In this document: piece by piece, positions 35,501 through 43,345 of the stretch
Layout: each line of letters begins with the position of its first letter
Numbering within the stretch: position 1 is the stretch's first letter
Assembly (NCBI GenBank): GCA_964559225.1
Contig: CAZLGA010000002.1
Span: 11,837-75,836, forward strand
Source of the DNA: an uncultured bacterium
GTDB taxonomy: Bacteria; Hydrothermota; Tepidihabitantia; SM23-42; JAOAFX01
Direction: 5' to 3'
Length of the DNA stretch: 64,000 nt
The notes under the pieces: model-generated
What the model saw: the letters and a program-made list of their open reading frames with translations, nothing else
What the model was told of the DNA's origin: nothing
Database searches by the model: none
Program-made: the position numbers and the translations under genes

Positions 35501-35740
35501 GGCAACACCTCTTTTTATGCTAATGAAGAACTTGATAAAATGATTGAGTCAGCCAGGGCTGAACAGATTCCAAGACGAAGAATTGAACTATATCAAAAGA
35601 TAGAAAATTTTATTGTGGAGAATGCGCTCTGGGTTTTCATTTCCCACGGAGTCGATTGCTACGCCGTTCAAAAGAATATAAAGGGGTTTACAGTTGACCC
35701 TTTTGGTTTGGTCCGTTTTCGCAACCTATTTTGCTTATAA
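32591..35740 (+). CDS. Soluble chimeric receptor: two tandem methyl-accepting-chemotaxis-protein signalling modules (N-terminal ~590 aa) fused to a C-terminal ABC solute-binding-protein family-5 (OppA/DppA/NikA-type) domain.
   Basis: MCP conserved-domain motifs SESIEVASRNAGITAFHAGREGRGFEVIAREMTVLARN and SERSRLLGLYAGIESARSGKYAEALGVVTNEIKTLS. C-terminal EDPITLDPAIKTDTTSHQVIEQIFTGLYTFDQ...SEDGKVWDFHLKKGVKFHNGKEV is a textbook SBP_bac_5 N-lobe. No signal peptide or TM segment is evident. Confidence 0.75.
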   Translation: MYMPDDLRKTIIERLKPLFVQYDSSFKDFLSIGQKIDDGLQTNSEILSGIPHRFNNLSATVELVLEGVDVFDTEIKKMHEFLKKSIENFKESVLISEKISSDLNNIAEVLKQIQRGIRNLAEIIYNINFVSESIEVASRNAGITAFHAGREGRGFEVIAREMTVLARNVQGPTKVIPVVSNELLRNIDELNQDLKKIQDVITYLREIGEKFLTINNELLTLIPELENSIRDISNSISVQKDLHINLQKESDKLSEYLGDIYRIIRTTAITEMFLGAFFQHLNNLKNNLMIAEDEQNFYYIFNSIKQVLDNEPKLEGGHEEFFNVALKKLEMHTSERLILQFISEAKHLNEVIGVISERIKSWTKTHNFANEALTRAKVFYKDISELLCSLNEKSNNLKKLINKVERPVQELKRISERSRLLGLYAGIESARSGKYAEALGVVTNEIKTLSMRSSEFVGSVDSVVGEILKNINYLISCFSRTTEDVELGVASLTISMEAVGESGKVLDNITALSQEMLSSTMEMVNQCGMLGEHYRNFDTEYHKIGEYFSSYGTTIKSGEELTKQMKTIINEFKKEISLLTTKRKKIVLRATEDPITLDPAIKTDTTSHQVIEQIFTGLYTFDQFNRLIPGVALSFTVSEDGKVWDFHLKKGVKFHNGKEVQAKDILFSLDRVKKGPNANFIEYLNEMVVIDPYHIRFILKFPYIPFLANLACGVCDIVPSDFNPDKPVGCGPYRLVSYEKNNEIVLEAFDEFYDGRPPIDECVIKTVRDDREAIELFKNGEISILDLTPDMLQEFSQEGIYTGPALSTQYLAINFSKKNPFFDLNVRRAMNYAIDRDYYCRTLLKGKAIPAFGVYPPGLPGYNRNLQVYQYDIKKARDLMRQAGFGGGIPEEFVFDVRAGVDTVKRAEFIKDSFAKIGIHLQINPLPWKEFLDKTYSGNSVLSLRGWVSDNGDPDNFVYTLFHSKNFGASGNTSFYANEELDKMIESARAEQIPRRRIELYQKIENFIVENALWVFISHGVDCYAVQKNIKGFTVDPFGLVRFRNLFCL

Positions 35741-36159
35741 TTATGGATACATTGATAGTTTTTAAGGTTGCCGATGAATCAGTCGGCTTAGATATTAAGA
35801 AGGTGCGGGAGGTTACAGAATTATCTTCTTATGTTCCTGTACCTAAAACACCGGATTTTTTAACAGGACTGGCAAATATAAGGGGAGAGGTTGTGCCGGT
35901 CATTTCCTTACGCAAACGTCTTGGTCTTGCCGGCGAGGAGCTCTGTAATATATTAGTGGTTGTTGAAGAAGAAGATAGAATAGCTGGTTTGCGAATTGAC
36001 CATCTGCTCGGGACAAAAAAGATTGATGAAAGATTGATAAATAAGCATTCTGAATTGCTTTCTACGAAAAAAGAAAAGGATTTCTTCATTGGTGCTTATG
36101 AGACCGAAGAGAAACCGATTTTGATATTAAACCTTGCGCGAGTTTTTGCAAAGGAGTGA
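35731..36159 (+). CDS. cheW: CheW-like coupling protein.
   Basis: 142 aa. LIVFKVADESVGLDIKKVREV...IRGEVVPVISLRKRLGL. Overlaps the upstream stop. Confidence 0.85.
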   Translation: MLIIMDTLIVFKVADESVGLDIKKVREVTELSSYVPVPKTPDFLTGLANIRGEVVPVISLRKRLGLAGEELCNILVVVEEEDRIAGLRIDHLLGTKKIDERLINKHSELLSTKKEKDFFIGAYETEEKPILILNLARVFAKE

Positions 36160-36171
36160 TAAAAAAAGATA

Positions 36172-36199
36172 TTGACTTTTTTAAAAATTAAGATAGAAT
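36172..36199 (+). promoter_or_regulatory. Possible internal sigma-70 promoter (TTGACT, 16-nt spacer, TAGAAT) ahead of cheY-cheA.
   Basis: atTTGACTtttttaaaaattaagaTAGAATtaa, ~70 nt upstream of cheY. Confidence 0.3.
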
Positions 36200-36270
36200 T
36201 AATTTACTATGGATATAAGAAAAAGGGTAATCATCTTATCACATAGGAGTTTGAGGAAAAAGGAGGTTAA

Positions 36271-36630
36271 ATGAGAATACTGGTGGTGGACGACGCCATG
36301 TTTATGCGTCGGATGCTAACCGATATTTTAGAAAAAGGTGGACATAGTGTTTGTGGGGAAGCATCAACGGGTAAAGAAGCGGTGGAACGATATAAAGAAT
36401 TGAAGCCTGATTTGGTTACTATGGACATTATTATGCCGGATATGAGCGGGATAGAAGCGGTTAAAGAAATAAAAAAGATTGATCCGAAGGCGAAGATTTT
36501 AATGGTATCAGCAATGGGTCAGCAGGCACTTGTGCTTGAAGCGGTTCAAGCAGGTGCAATAGACTATGTAGTAAAACCCTTTCAACCTTCAAGGGTTCTT
36601 GAGTCTATTGAACGGATTATGAAAAAATAA
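36271..36630 (+). CDS. cheY: CheY-like single-domain response regulator.
   Basis: 119 aa. MRILVVDDAMFMRRML...DIIMPDMSGIEA...AMGQQ. Confidence 0.88.
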   Translation: MRILVVDDAMFMRRMLTDILEKGGHSVCGEASTGKEAVERYKELKPDLVTMDIIMPDMSGIEAVKEIKKIDPKAKILMVSAMGQQALVLEAVQAGAIDYVVKPFQPSRVLESIERIMKK

Positions 36631-36647
36631 GTAATAATTTATAAAAG

Positions 36648-38156
36648 ATGGCTGAAGAATATTTATCCCTTTTTATCAGTGAGACTGAATCATATATAAA
36701 ACAACTTGAAAAGGAACTTTTGGTCCTTGAGAAGGATGGGAAAAACCGAAATTCAATACTTGAGGTTTTTAGAATTTTACACACAATTAAAGGGATGGCA
36801 CAGACAATGGGTTTTGATGAACTTGGTAATTTAGCACACTCAGTTGAAGACTTGCTCACCGAACCCAAAACAAAAGGGAAGATAGATGGAAAAACTGTGG
36901 AATTTCTCTTTATTATAGTTGATTACTTTTCTCAGTTTTTAAAATCAGTAAAAAATAATGTGGTTGCACCACCCGTAATTGAGTTATTGACAATTTGTGA
37001 AGACATTAAACAGGGAAAGGAAGTTACATTAAAGAAAGGTGCGGTTGAAGGTGAAGGATTTGGCGAGATCAGAGTAAAAATGTCAAAGATTGATAATCTA
37101 TTCAATCTTACGAATGAATTACTTATAATAAAATCCCGTCTTGTAAAATTGAGTTCGGAGATAAAAAATAGTGAACTACAAAATATTAGTGAAAATGCGT
37201 CAAGGTTAATATCCGCATTACAGGATGAAATGATGCGATTACGAATGCTTCCATTGTCAACAGTATTTGAATTTTTCCCACGCTGGCTTAGGGATGAGGC
37301 AAAAAAACAGGATAAAGAGGTTGAATTTGTAATAATTGGTGGTGAACTTGAGGTTGACCGTTCAATCATAGATATTCTTAAGGAACCCATTATGCATCTT
37401 TTACGAAATGCCCTTGATCATGGGATAGAGAAAAAGGGCAAAATAACTTTGAACGCAACGAGAGAAAAAGAAATCATTAGAATCAGCGTTTCCGATGATG
37501 GAAAAGGAATTGATTCCGAACAGATTAGAAGACTGATTGTTGAAAGGAATATCGTTGATTATAAAACTGCACAGGCATTGGGCGGTGATGAGTTGTATAA
37601 ATTTTTATTGAGACCCGATTTTTCAACAAAAAAGGATGTATCAAAGGTTTCGGGAAGGGGAATAGGACTTGATATAGTCAATTCTTTTGTTAAGGAATTG
37701 GGCGGCAGACTGGAGATAAAATCGGAGAAAGGGAAGGGCTCAACATTTATTATTGAACTACCCATCAGTCTCGCCGTGATACGTGCTCTTATTTTGAGCA
37801 TGGACAGCCAGCGTTATGCACTTCCGCTTAATTTAGTTCAGGAAACTTTTTATATTGATGATAATAATATCCAGACCGTTTGTAACCATGAACTTATTAA
37901 ACTTAGAAATAGTATTCTGCCTCTGGTTAGAATATCTGAAAAATTAAATTGCACAACAAAGTTAGGGAAAAAATCGGTTGTTGTTGTTAATTACGAAGGG
38001 AAAAAAAGAGGATTTATTGTTGATGAGATATTAAGTGAGGATGAAATTGTTGTTAAAAAAACAGACCGATTTTTGCCTTCTTCACTATATTCAGGCTGTT
38101 CAATTTATGGGGATGGCAAGCCTATATTAATCCTTGATCCGAGGGGGTTTGAATGA
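36648..38156 (+). CDS. cheA: CheA histidine kinase (Hpt-dimerisation-HATPase-CheW-like; no obvious P2).
   Basis: Hpt FRILHTIKGMAQTMGF. ATPase RNALDHGIE...GRGIGLDIV. C-terminal CheW-like domain. Confidence 0.88.
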   Translation: MAEEYLSLFISETESYIKQLEKELLVLEKDGKNRNSILEVFRILHTIKGMAQTMGFDELGNLAHSVEDLLTEPKTKGKIDGKTVEFLFIIVDYFSQFLKSVKNNVVAPPVIELLTICEDIKQGKEVTLKKGAVEGEGFGEIRVKMSKIDNLFNLTNELLIIKSRLVKLSSEIKNSELQNISENASRLISALQDEMMRLRMLPLSTVFEFFPRWLRDEAKKQDKEVEFVIIGGELEVDRSIIDILKEPIMHLLRNALDHGIEKKGKITLNATREKEIIRISVSDDGKGIDSEQIRRLIVERNIVDYKTAQALGGDELYKFLLRPDFSTKKDVSKVSGRGIGLDIVNSFVKELGGRLEIKSEKGKGSTFIIELPISLAVIRALILSMDSQRYALPLNLVQETFYIDDNNIQTVCNHELIKLRNSILPLVRISEKLNCTTKLGKKSVVVVNYEGKKRGFIVDEILSEDEIVVKKTDRFLPSSLYSGCSIYGDGKPILILDPRGFE

Positions 38157-38764
38157 TTGATGCAAAAAATCTTACCGTAAAACAGATTGATGCTCTCACC
38201 GAAGTCGCTAATATTGGAGGTGGGCATGCAGCCACATCATTATCCCAGTTACTTGGTAAAAAAGTAATGATTCGTGTTCCAAAACTTTATACGGGACAAC
38301 TTGAAGAAGTGATATTAAAGATTGCTGACCCCAATGATGTTGTTGCATCAGTTCTATTATATTTCCTTGGTGATTTGACGGGGAGAACTCTCCTTATTTA
38401 TCCTTATGAAGATGCCCAGGAACTAACAAGGTTATTGATGCCAGAAGGACACGAAAGCACAATTGAAATCCAGGAATCACTACTTAAGGAAGTTTCAAAT
38501 ATATTGTCCTGTGCCTATATGAACGCCCTGGGCGAATTACTTGGACTTTTGATTCTCCCTTCAGTTCCCGGGATGATAATTGATATGATTGGTGCGGTTC
38601 TCTCCAGTGTCATTGTTGAATTCGGCAATGAGAAAGACTTTATTTTCTGCATTGAGACTCAATTTGATTTTGGAGATTTCAACAAGCCGTTATCAGCCTA
38701 TTTTCTCTTGCTACCTGATAATTCAAGTTTAGAAGTTATGTTGAAAAAACTAAATTTAGTATAA
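38153..38764 (+). CDS. cheC: CheC-family CheY-P phosphatase (CheC/CheX/FliY family).
   Basis: Both D/S-x3-E-x2-N-x22-P active-site motifs are present: D-ALT-E-VA-N-(22 aa)-P and S-LLK-E-VS-N-(22 aa)-P. Confidence 0.8.
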   Translation: MIDAKNLTVKQIDALTEVANIGGGHAATSLSQLLGKKVMIRVPKLYTGQLEEVILKIADPNDVVASVLLYFLGDLTGRTLLIYPYEDAQELTRLLMPEGHESTIEIQESLLKEVSNILSCAYMNALGELLGLLILPSVPGMIIDMIGAVLSSVIVEFGNEKDFIFCIETQFDFGDFNKPLSAYFLLLPDNSSLEVMLKKLNLV

Positions 38765-38765
38765 A

Positions 38766-41162
38766 ATGATTTCCCCAGAAGAATATAAGGTATTGAAAAG
38801 TTTTGCAGAAAGAATCCCGGCTAATGACCCAGGTGCACATAACAATCTGGCAGTAGTGTATTATAATAAAGGGCTCTATGAGGAAGCAATTCAGGAATTG
38901 GAAAAGGCACTAAGCATTGACCCGAATTTTACGCTTGCAAGAAACAATTTAGAGATAATTTTAAAAAAATCTGGAAAACTTGATAACAAGGTAAAGGAAC
39001 TTGCACACCATATTGATGTTGAGCCATTTGATGAAATAAAAACCCTTGAACTTGCTGATACCTACCGGAAATTGAATCGGTATTCTCAGGCAATAATCTA
39101 CTACCGTAAGGTCCTTGATTTTAACCCAGGTTCTTACGAAGCACATTTTGGTCTTGGTATTACGCTTAGACACCTGGGCAAATATGATGATGCCCTTGAG
39201 GAAATAAAAAAGAGTCTTGAAATAAAGATTTCGCCAGAAGGTTATCGCCTGCTTGGTGAGATATATTTTAACAAAGGCATCATCGACCTTGCGATCAAAA
39301 ATTTCGAGGAAGCAATAATGCTTGATCCAGCTTCGGCTGAAGCTCATTTCTTTTTAGGCTTTGCTATGGGTGAGAAGGGAATGCACAAAGAAGGAAGGGA
39401 AGAAATTAAAAAGGCAATTCAGTTGAATCCCGCACTCGCCCAATTTGAACCAAATCTGCCAATTGAATTAAAAGAACACAAGGGCTACCTTGATTTTTTA
39501 AAGGAACAGCTGGGAGTTCCCAAAAGTTCAGTAAACGAGTTTCAGGTTCATAATAATCTGGGTATTACATACCGGAATAAGGGTTTGTTTACTGAGGCAA
39601 AAAGAGAATTTGAAGAGGCTTTGAAATTTAAAGATGATGATGCTGAATTGTTTGCTTCTTTAGGTGAGGTAAATCTTTTTTTAAACAAACTGGATGATGC
39701 TTATAACTATTTTTCCCGCTGTCTTGCACTTGATTCACTGTCGGTAAGAGGGCTCAATGGTTTGGGCGTTGTCTGTTTAAAGAAAAATAATTATGGAGAG
39801 GCTAAAACTTATTTTGAGAAAGTGCTCGCAGTTGATAAAACTTATATACAGGGTCTTGCGAATCTTGGGCTTGCTAATTATTTATTAAATCAGATTGAAG
39901 AAGCGGTGAAGATTTTTAATGCCGCTATAGAACAAGGTAGTGAAGATGCAAAATACAATTTAGGTATGTATTTTTATAAAAAGGGTGATTATGAACAGGT
40001 ATTAAAACTCTTTAAAGATGAATCTGTTGATAGCAAGTTTTTCCGCGGTCTTGTTTATGCCGAGTTAGGAAGAGATGATGAGGCAGTAACTTCATTTAAA
40101 AATGTCATCAATGTTCTGCCGAGTTATGCAGGTGCATACTATAACTTGGGCTTTTTACTGATGAAAATGGGACAATTTGAAGACGGTTTATCAAATATCC
40201 GAAAGGGTATGGAGATAGAACCGAACTACGAAAAAGAAAAATATCGTATTGCAATTGCACCCGAATTATATGAATATGGCTTATACTATACACCGTTCCG
40301 AATAGAAGAAAAATTTGAAGAAAAAATTATTGAAGAAGTTGAAGAGTTTTTCCCGACTCTGGAAGTTCCCACACCTCAGGATTATATACAGGAAGCAGAA
40401 AATTTGTTGAAAAAGAATGAATTTGATAAGGCGTTAAATATGATTGATGAAGCACTTAAACTCGTTCCGGAAATGAGTGAACCAGTTATACTGAAATCTA
40501 AGATTTTGTTTCAGGCTGGTAATATTGATGATGCACTTAATCAACTTGAAAGTTTTACAAAAAAACACCCTGATGACATTGATTCTATTTTGACACTTGC
40601 GAATATGCTAAAGACACTTGGCAAATTAAAAGAGGCCAAAGAGAAATATCGTAATCTTTTGCTAATACAAAAAGATAATTTTGACTGGCTCAAAGAACTG
40701 GCTTCATTAAGTTTTGCCTTGAATGAGTTGGAAGATGCTTTGATTATTTATAATCAGTTATATGAGAAAAATCCTGACGACATTTCAGTTAATTTAGGAC
40801 TATTGAGTATACACCTGAAGAAAAAGGATTTGGAAAAGGCGGCGAAATATATTGATATGCTTGAGAAAGACAAACCTGAAATTTATGACTTTTACGCTTC
40901 AGCAGGATTGTATTATCTTGAAAAGAATGAACGAAGTAAGGCAAAGAATTATTTTGAACGGGCAGTAGAACTTGAGCCTTCAAAGCCAATTCCTTACTAT
41001 AACCTCGGCATTATTGCTGTTCAGGAGGGTAAATTCGACGAAGCATGCAGTTACTGGAAAAAGGCAATGCTTTTAAGTCCGGACGAAGACCTGGCAAGTA
41101 AAATCACCCATTGTTTGAATATAACTATGGAAATGATGGAATTCTTAAAAAGTAGTTTATAG
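38766..41162 (+). CDS. Large tetratricopeptide-repeat (TPR) protein, 798 aa, inside the che-like operon.
   Basis: Many 34-aa TPR units (..AHNNLAVVYYNKGLYEEAIQELEKALSIDPN..; ..AYYNLGFLLMKMGQFEDGL..). Confidence 0.8.
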   Translation: MISPEEYKVLKSFAERIPANDPGAHNNLAVVYYNKGLYEEAIQELEKALSIDPNFTLARNNLEIILKKSGKLDNKVKELAHHIDVEPFDEIKTLELADTYRKLNRYSQAIIYYRKVLDFNPGSYEAHFGLGITLRHLGKYDDALEEIKKSLEIKISPEGYRLLGEIYFNKGIIDLAIKNFEEAIMLDPASAEAHFFLGFAMGEKGMHKEGREEIKKAIQLNPALAQFEPNLPIELKEHKGYLDFLKEQLGVPKSSVNEFQVHNNLGITYRNKGLFTEAKREFEEALKFKDDDAELFASLGEVNLFLNKLDDAYNYFSRCLALDSLSVRGLNGLGVVCLKKNNYGEAKTYFEKVLAVDKTYIQGLANLGLANYLLNQIEEAVKIFNAAIEQGSEDAKYNLGMYFYKKGDYEQVLKLFKDESVDSKFFRGLVYAELGRDDEAVTSFKNVINVLPSYAGAYYNLGFLLMKMGQFEDGLSNIRKGMEIEPNYEKEKYRIAIAPELYEYGLYYTPFRIEEKFEEKIIEEVEEFFPTLEVPTPQDYIQEAENLLKKNEFDKALNMIDEALKLVPEMSEPVILKSKILFQAGNIDDALNQLESFTKKHPDDIDSILTLANMLKTLGKLKEAKEKYRNLLLIQKDNFDWLKELASLSFALNELEDALIIYNQLYEKNPDDISVNLGLLSIHLKKKDLEKAAKYIDMLEKDKPEIYDFYASAGLYYLEKNERSKAKNYFERAVELEPSKPIPYYNLGIIAVQEGKFDEACSYWKKAMLLSPDEDLASKITHCLNITMEMMEFLKSSL

Positions 41163-41184
41163 GTGAAGGAGGTTATGATTAAAT

Positions 41185-42252
41185 ATGGCAGATGAACTTG
41201 CAATGGACTCCAAAGCACTCATATTTGCTACACTGGCAGATGTCTATTTAACTTCGGGTATGGTTGATGAAGCAATATCAATTTTAAAAGATGGGTTGAG
41301 TAGAAATCCCAATTATACACTCGCTAAGATAATCCTGGGAAGGGCATATTATCTTAAAGGCGATATAGAACAAGCACGGAAAATTCTTGAAGAAATATAT
41401 GAACAGGCAAAAGAAAGTGAAAACGAAAATCTTTATTTAGGATATATATATAACAAACTTGGTGATTATGAAAAGGCAATCCAATTTTATGAGGCAACAT
41501 TAAAGATAAATCCTGAAAATAAAGAGGCAAAGCAAGAGCTTGAATTGTTAAAACCAAAGCCACAGGTTGTTGAGGTTGAGAAAGGGGTAGTGCATGAAAG
41601 ACCTTTTGAGACTATTACCCCTGAAATGATTGCAGTCCCGAAAGAGAAAATTACTAAACCTGAACTGCCGATAGAGGAAGTTATTGAGAAGATAGAACCT
41701 GAAAGAGAAAAGATAACTGAACCAGAACCGGAAATTAAACCTGAAGAAGTTTCAAAGTCTGAACCGGTTCAGGTGGTTCCTGTCCAGAAGCCTGTGGAGG
41801 TATCGAGGAAAGAAGAGGAGATAGAACTTATACCCGTTTTACCGGAAATAGGACTTGAGCCTGTGGTTGAAGAGAAAGAAATTGAAAAAGTAAGTCCGCT
41901 TGATGCCTTGAACGAACCTATGAAAAGATTGACTGATATAAAGTCTGTAAAGGGTGCATTTATATTATCACGCGATGGGTTACTCATTCAGAGTTATTAT
42001 CAAGGCAGGGATGATATAGAAGAAATTTGTGCTCTTCTTGCCGGCGTATACAATGATGCCGACAATGCCTTTAAATTTTTGCAAACGGGTTGTTTAGAAA
42101 AGTTTATTATTGAAAAAAGTGATGAGACAATCTGTGTAATTACAGCAGGTGAATCACTTTTGTGCATAATAACAAAGCCTGAAGCAAAACCAGGACTTGT
42201 ATTTGTTTATGCACGCAAAATTATTGAAGAAATTAGAAAAATACTGGGGTAA
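41185..42252 (+). CDS. TPR domain, then a Pro/Glu/Lys-rich linker, then a Roadblock/LC7 (MglB-like) domain protein.
   Basis: N-terminal TPRs. Low-complexity linker KPELPIEEVIEKIEPEREKITEPEPEIKPEE. C-terminal LTDIKSVKGAFILSRDGLLIQSYYQG is a Roadblock fold signature. Confidence 0.7.
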   Translation: MADELAMDSKALIFATLADVYLTSGMVDEAISILKDGLSRNPNYTLAKIILGRAYYLKGDIEQARKILEEIYEQAKESENENLYLGYIYNKLGDYEKAIQFYEATLKINPENKEAKQELELLKPKPQVVEVEKGVVHERPFETITPEMIAVPKEKITKPELPIEEVIEKIEPEREKITEPEPEIKPEEVSKSEPVQVVPVQKPVEVSRKEEEIELIPVLPEIGLEPVVEEKEIEKVSPLDALNEPMKRLTDIKSVKGAFILSRDGLLIQSYYQGRDDIEEICALLAGVYNDADNAFKFLQTGCLEKFIIEKSDETICVITAGESLLCIITKPEAKPGLVFVYARKIIEEIRKILG

Positions 42253-42255
42253 GTT

Positions 42256-42555
42256 ATGGATTTATCTCAAATTATAAAAATTCCGAGGGTTTTAGGCGTG
42301 GGTCTGGCAACTTATGATGGTTTCATAATAGATAGCCAGCTCGTTCATGGCTTTGATGCAGAAAAATTTGGAGCAATGTCAGCAAAGATTGTGAATCAAA
42401 TCAAAAGAAATTTTGGGAAGGAAAATCCGTCTATAATCCTTTATACAGATAAAATCATATTTCTTGCAAAGGCAAAGAACGAAGGTGTCTTTTTTGTCGT
42501 TGCAGATAAGGAAGCAAACTTAGGTCTTATCAAAATAAAATTTGAAAAGATGTAG
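42256..42555 (+). CDS. Stand-alone Roadblock/LC7 (MglB-like) domain protein.
   Basis: 99 aa. IPRVLGVGLATYDGFIIDSQLVHGFDAEKFGAMSAKIV. Confidence 0.7.
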   Translation: MDLSQIIKIPRVLGVGLATYDGFIIDSQLVHGFDAEKFGAMSAKIVNQIKRNFGKENPSIILYTDKIIFLAKAKNEGVFFVVADKEANLGLIKIKFEKM

Positions 42556-42596
42556 GAAAAAACTTCGGGCTTGCATTTAATGCGGACGGTTTAATT

Positions 42597-43304
42597 ATGA
42601 AAACAATATTGGTTCGGTTGTTAATTATGATACTCATATTTGGCTGTCGCCAGAAGACGAAAACAAATACACCCTGGCATGAAATAGCACGCAGACAGAT
42701 GGTGAAAGAACAGATTGTTGCGCGAGGGATTATTGACTCAAATGTAATAAATGTAATGCTCAAGGTTGAAAGACACAAATTCGTTCCCAAGGAATACGAA
42801 AGATATGCATATACAGATGGACCTTTACCTATCGGTGAGGGGCAGACGATTTCCCAGCCGTATATTGTGGCGTTAATGACCCAAGTTTTAGAACTCAAAG
42901 GAAGCGAGAGGGTCTTAGAAATTGGCACTGGCTCAGGATACCAGGCAGCAATTCTATCACTTCTGGTAAAAGAGGTTTATACGATTGAAATAATTCCTGC
43001 GCTTGCAAATTCAGCACAGCAGCGCCTTGAAAGTCTTGGTTATAAAAATGTATATGTAAAATGTGGAGATGGATTTCTGGGGTGGCCAGAAAAGGCACCA
43101 TTTGATGGAATAATAATAACCTGCGCAGCACCAAGGGTTCCTGAACCATTGATAGAACAACTTGCAGAGGGTGGTAGACTGGTAATGCCCGAAGGTGAAG
43201 ATTGGCAGATGCTCGTCTTATACAAAAAAATTGGTGGTGGATTACAAAAGAAGGAACTTATTCCTGTCTTGTTTGTGCCTATGAAAGGGAAGATAAGAGA
43301 GTAA
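42597..43304 (+). CDS. pcm: Protein-L-isoaspartate O-methyltransferase with an N-terminal lipoprotein-type signal.
   Basis: GEGQTISQPYIVALMT...VLEIGTGSGYQAAIL. Signal MKTILVRLLIMILIFGC. Confidence 0.88.
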   Translation: MKTILVRLLIMILIFGCRQKTKTNTPWHEIARRQMVKEQIVARGIIDSNVINVMLKVERHKFVPKEYERYAYTDGPLPIGEGQTISQPYIVALMTQVLELKGSERVLEIGTGSGYQAAILSLLVKEVYTIEIIPALANSAQQRLESLGYKNVYVKCGDGFLGWPEKAPFDGIIITCAAPRVPEPLIEQLAEGGRLVMPEGEDWQMLVLYKKIGGGLQKKELIPVLFVPMKGKIRE

Positions 43305-43306
43305 GC

Positions 43307-43340
43307 CCACCAGGAAATTACGAATGACCCTGCCTGGTGT
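43307..43340. terminator. Bidirectional stem-loop (CACCAGG-N18-CCTGGTG) between convergent pcm and the radical-SAM gene, followed by a T-rich tract.
   Basis: ccCACCAGGaaattacgaatgaccctgCCTGGTGtgttattcatttt. Confidence 0.35.
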
Positions 43341-43345
43341 GTTAT

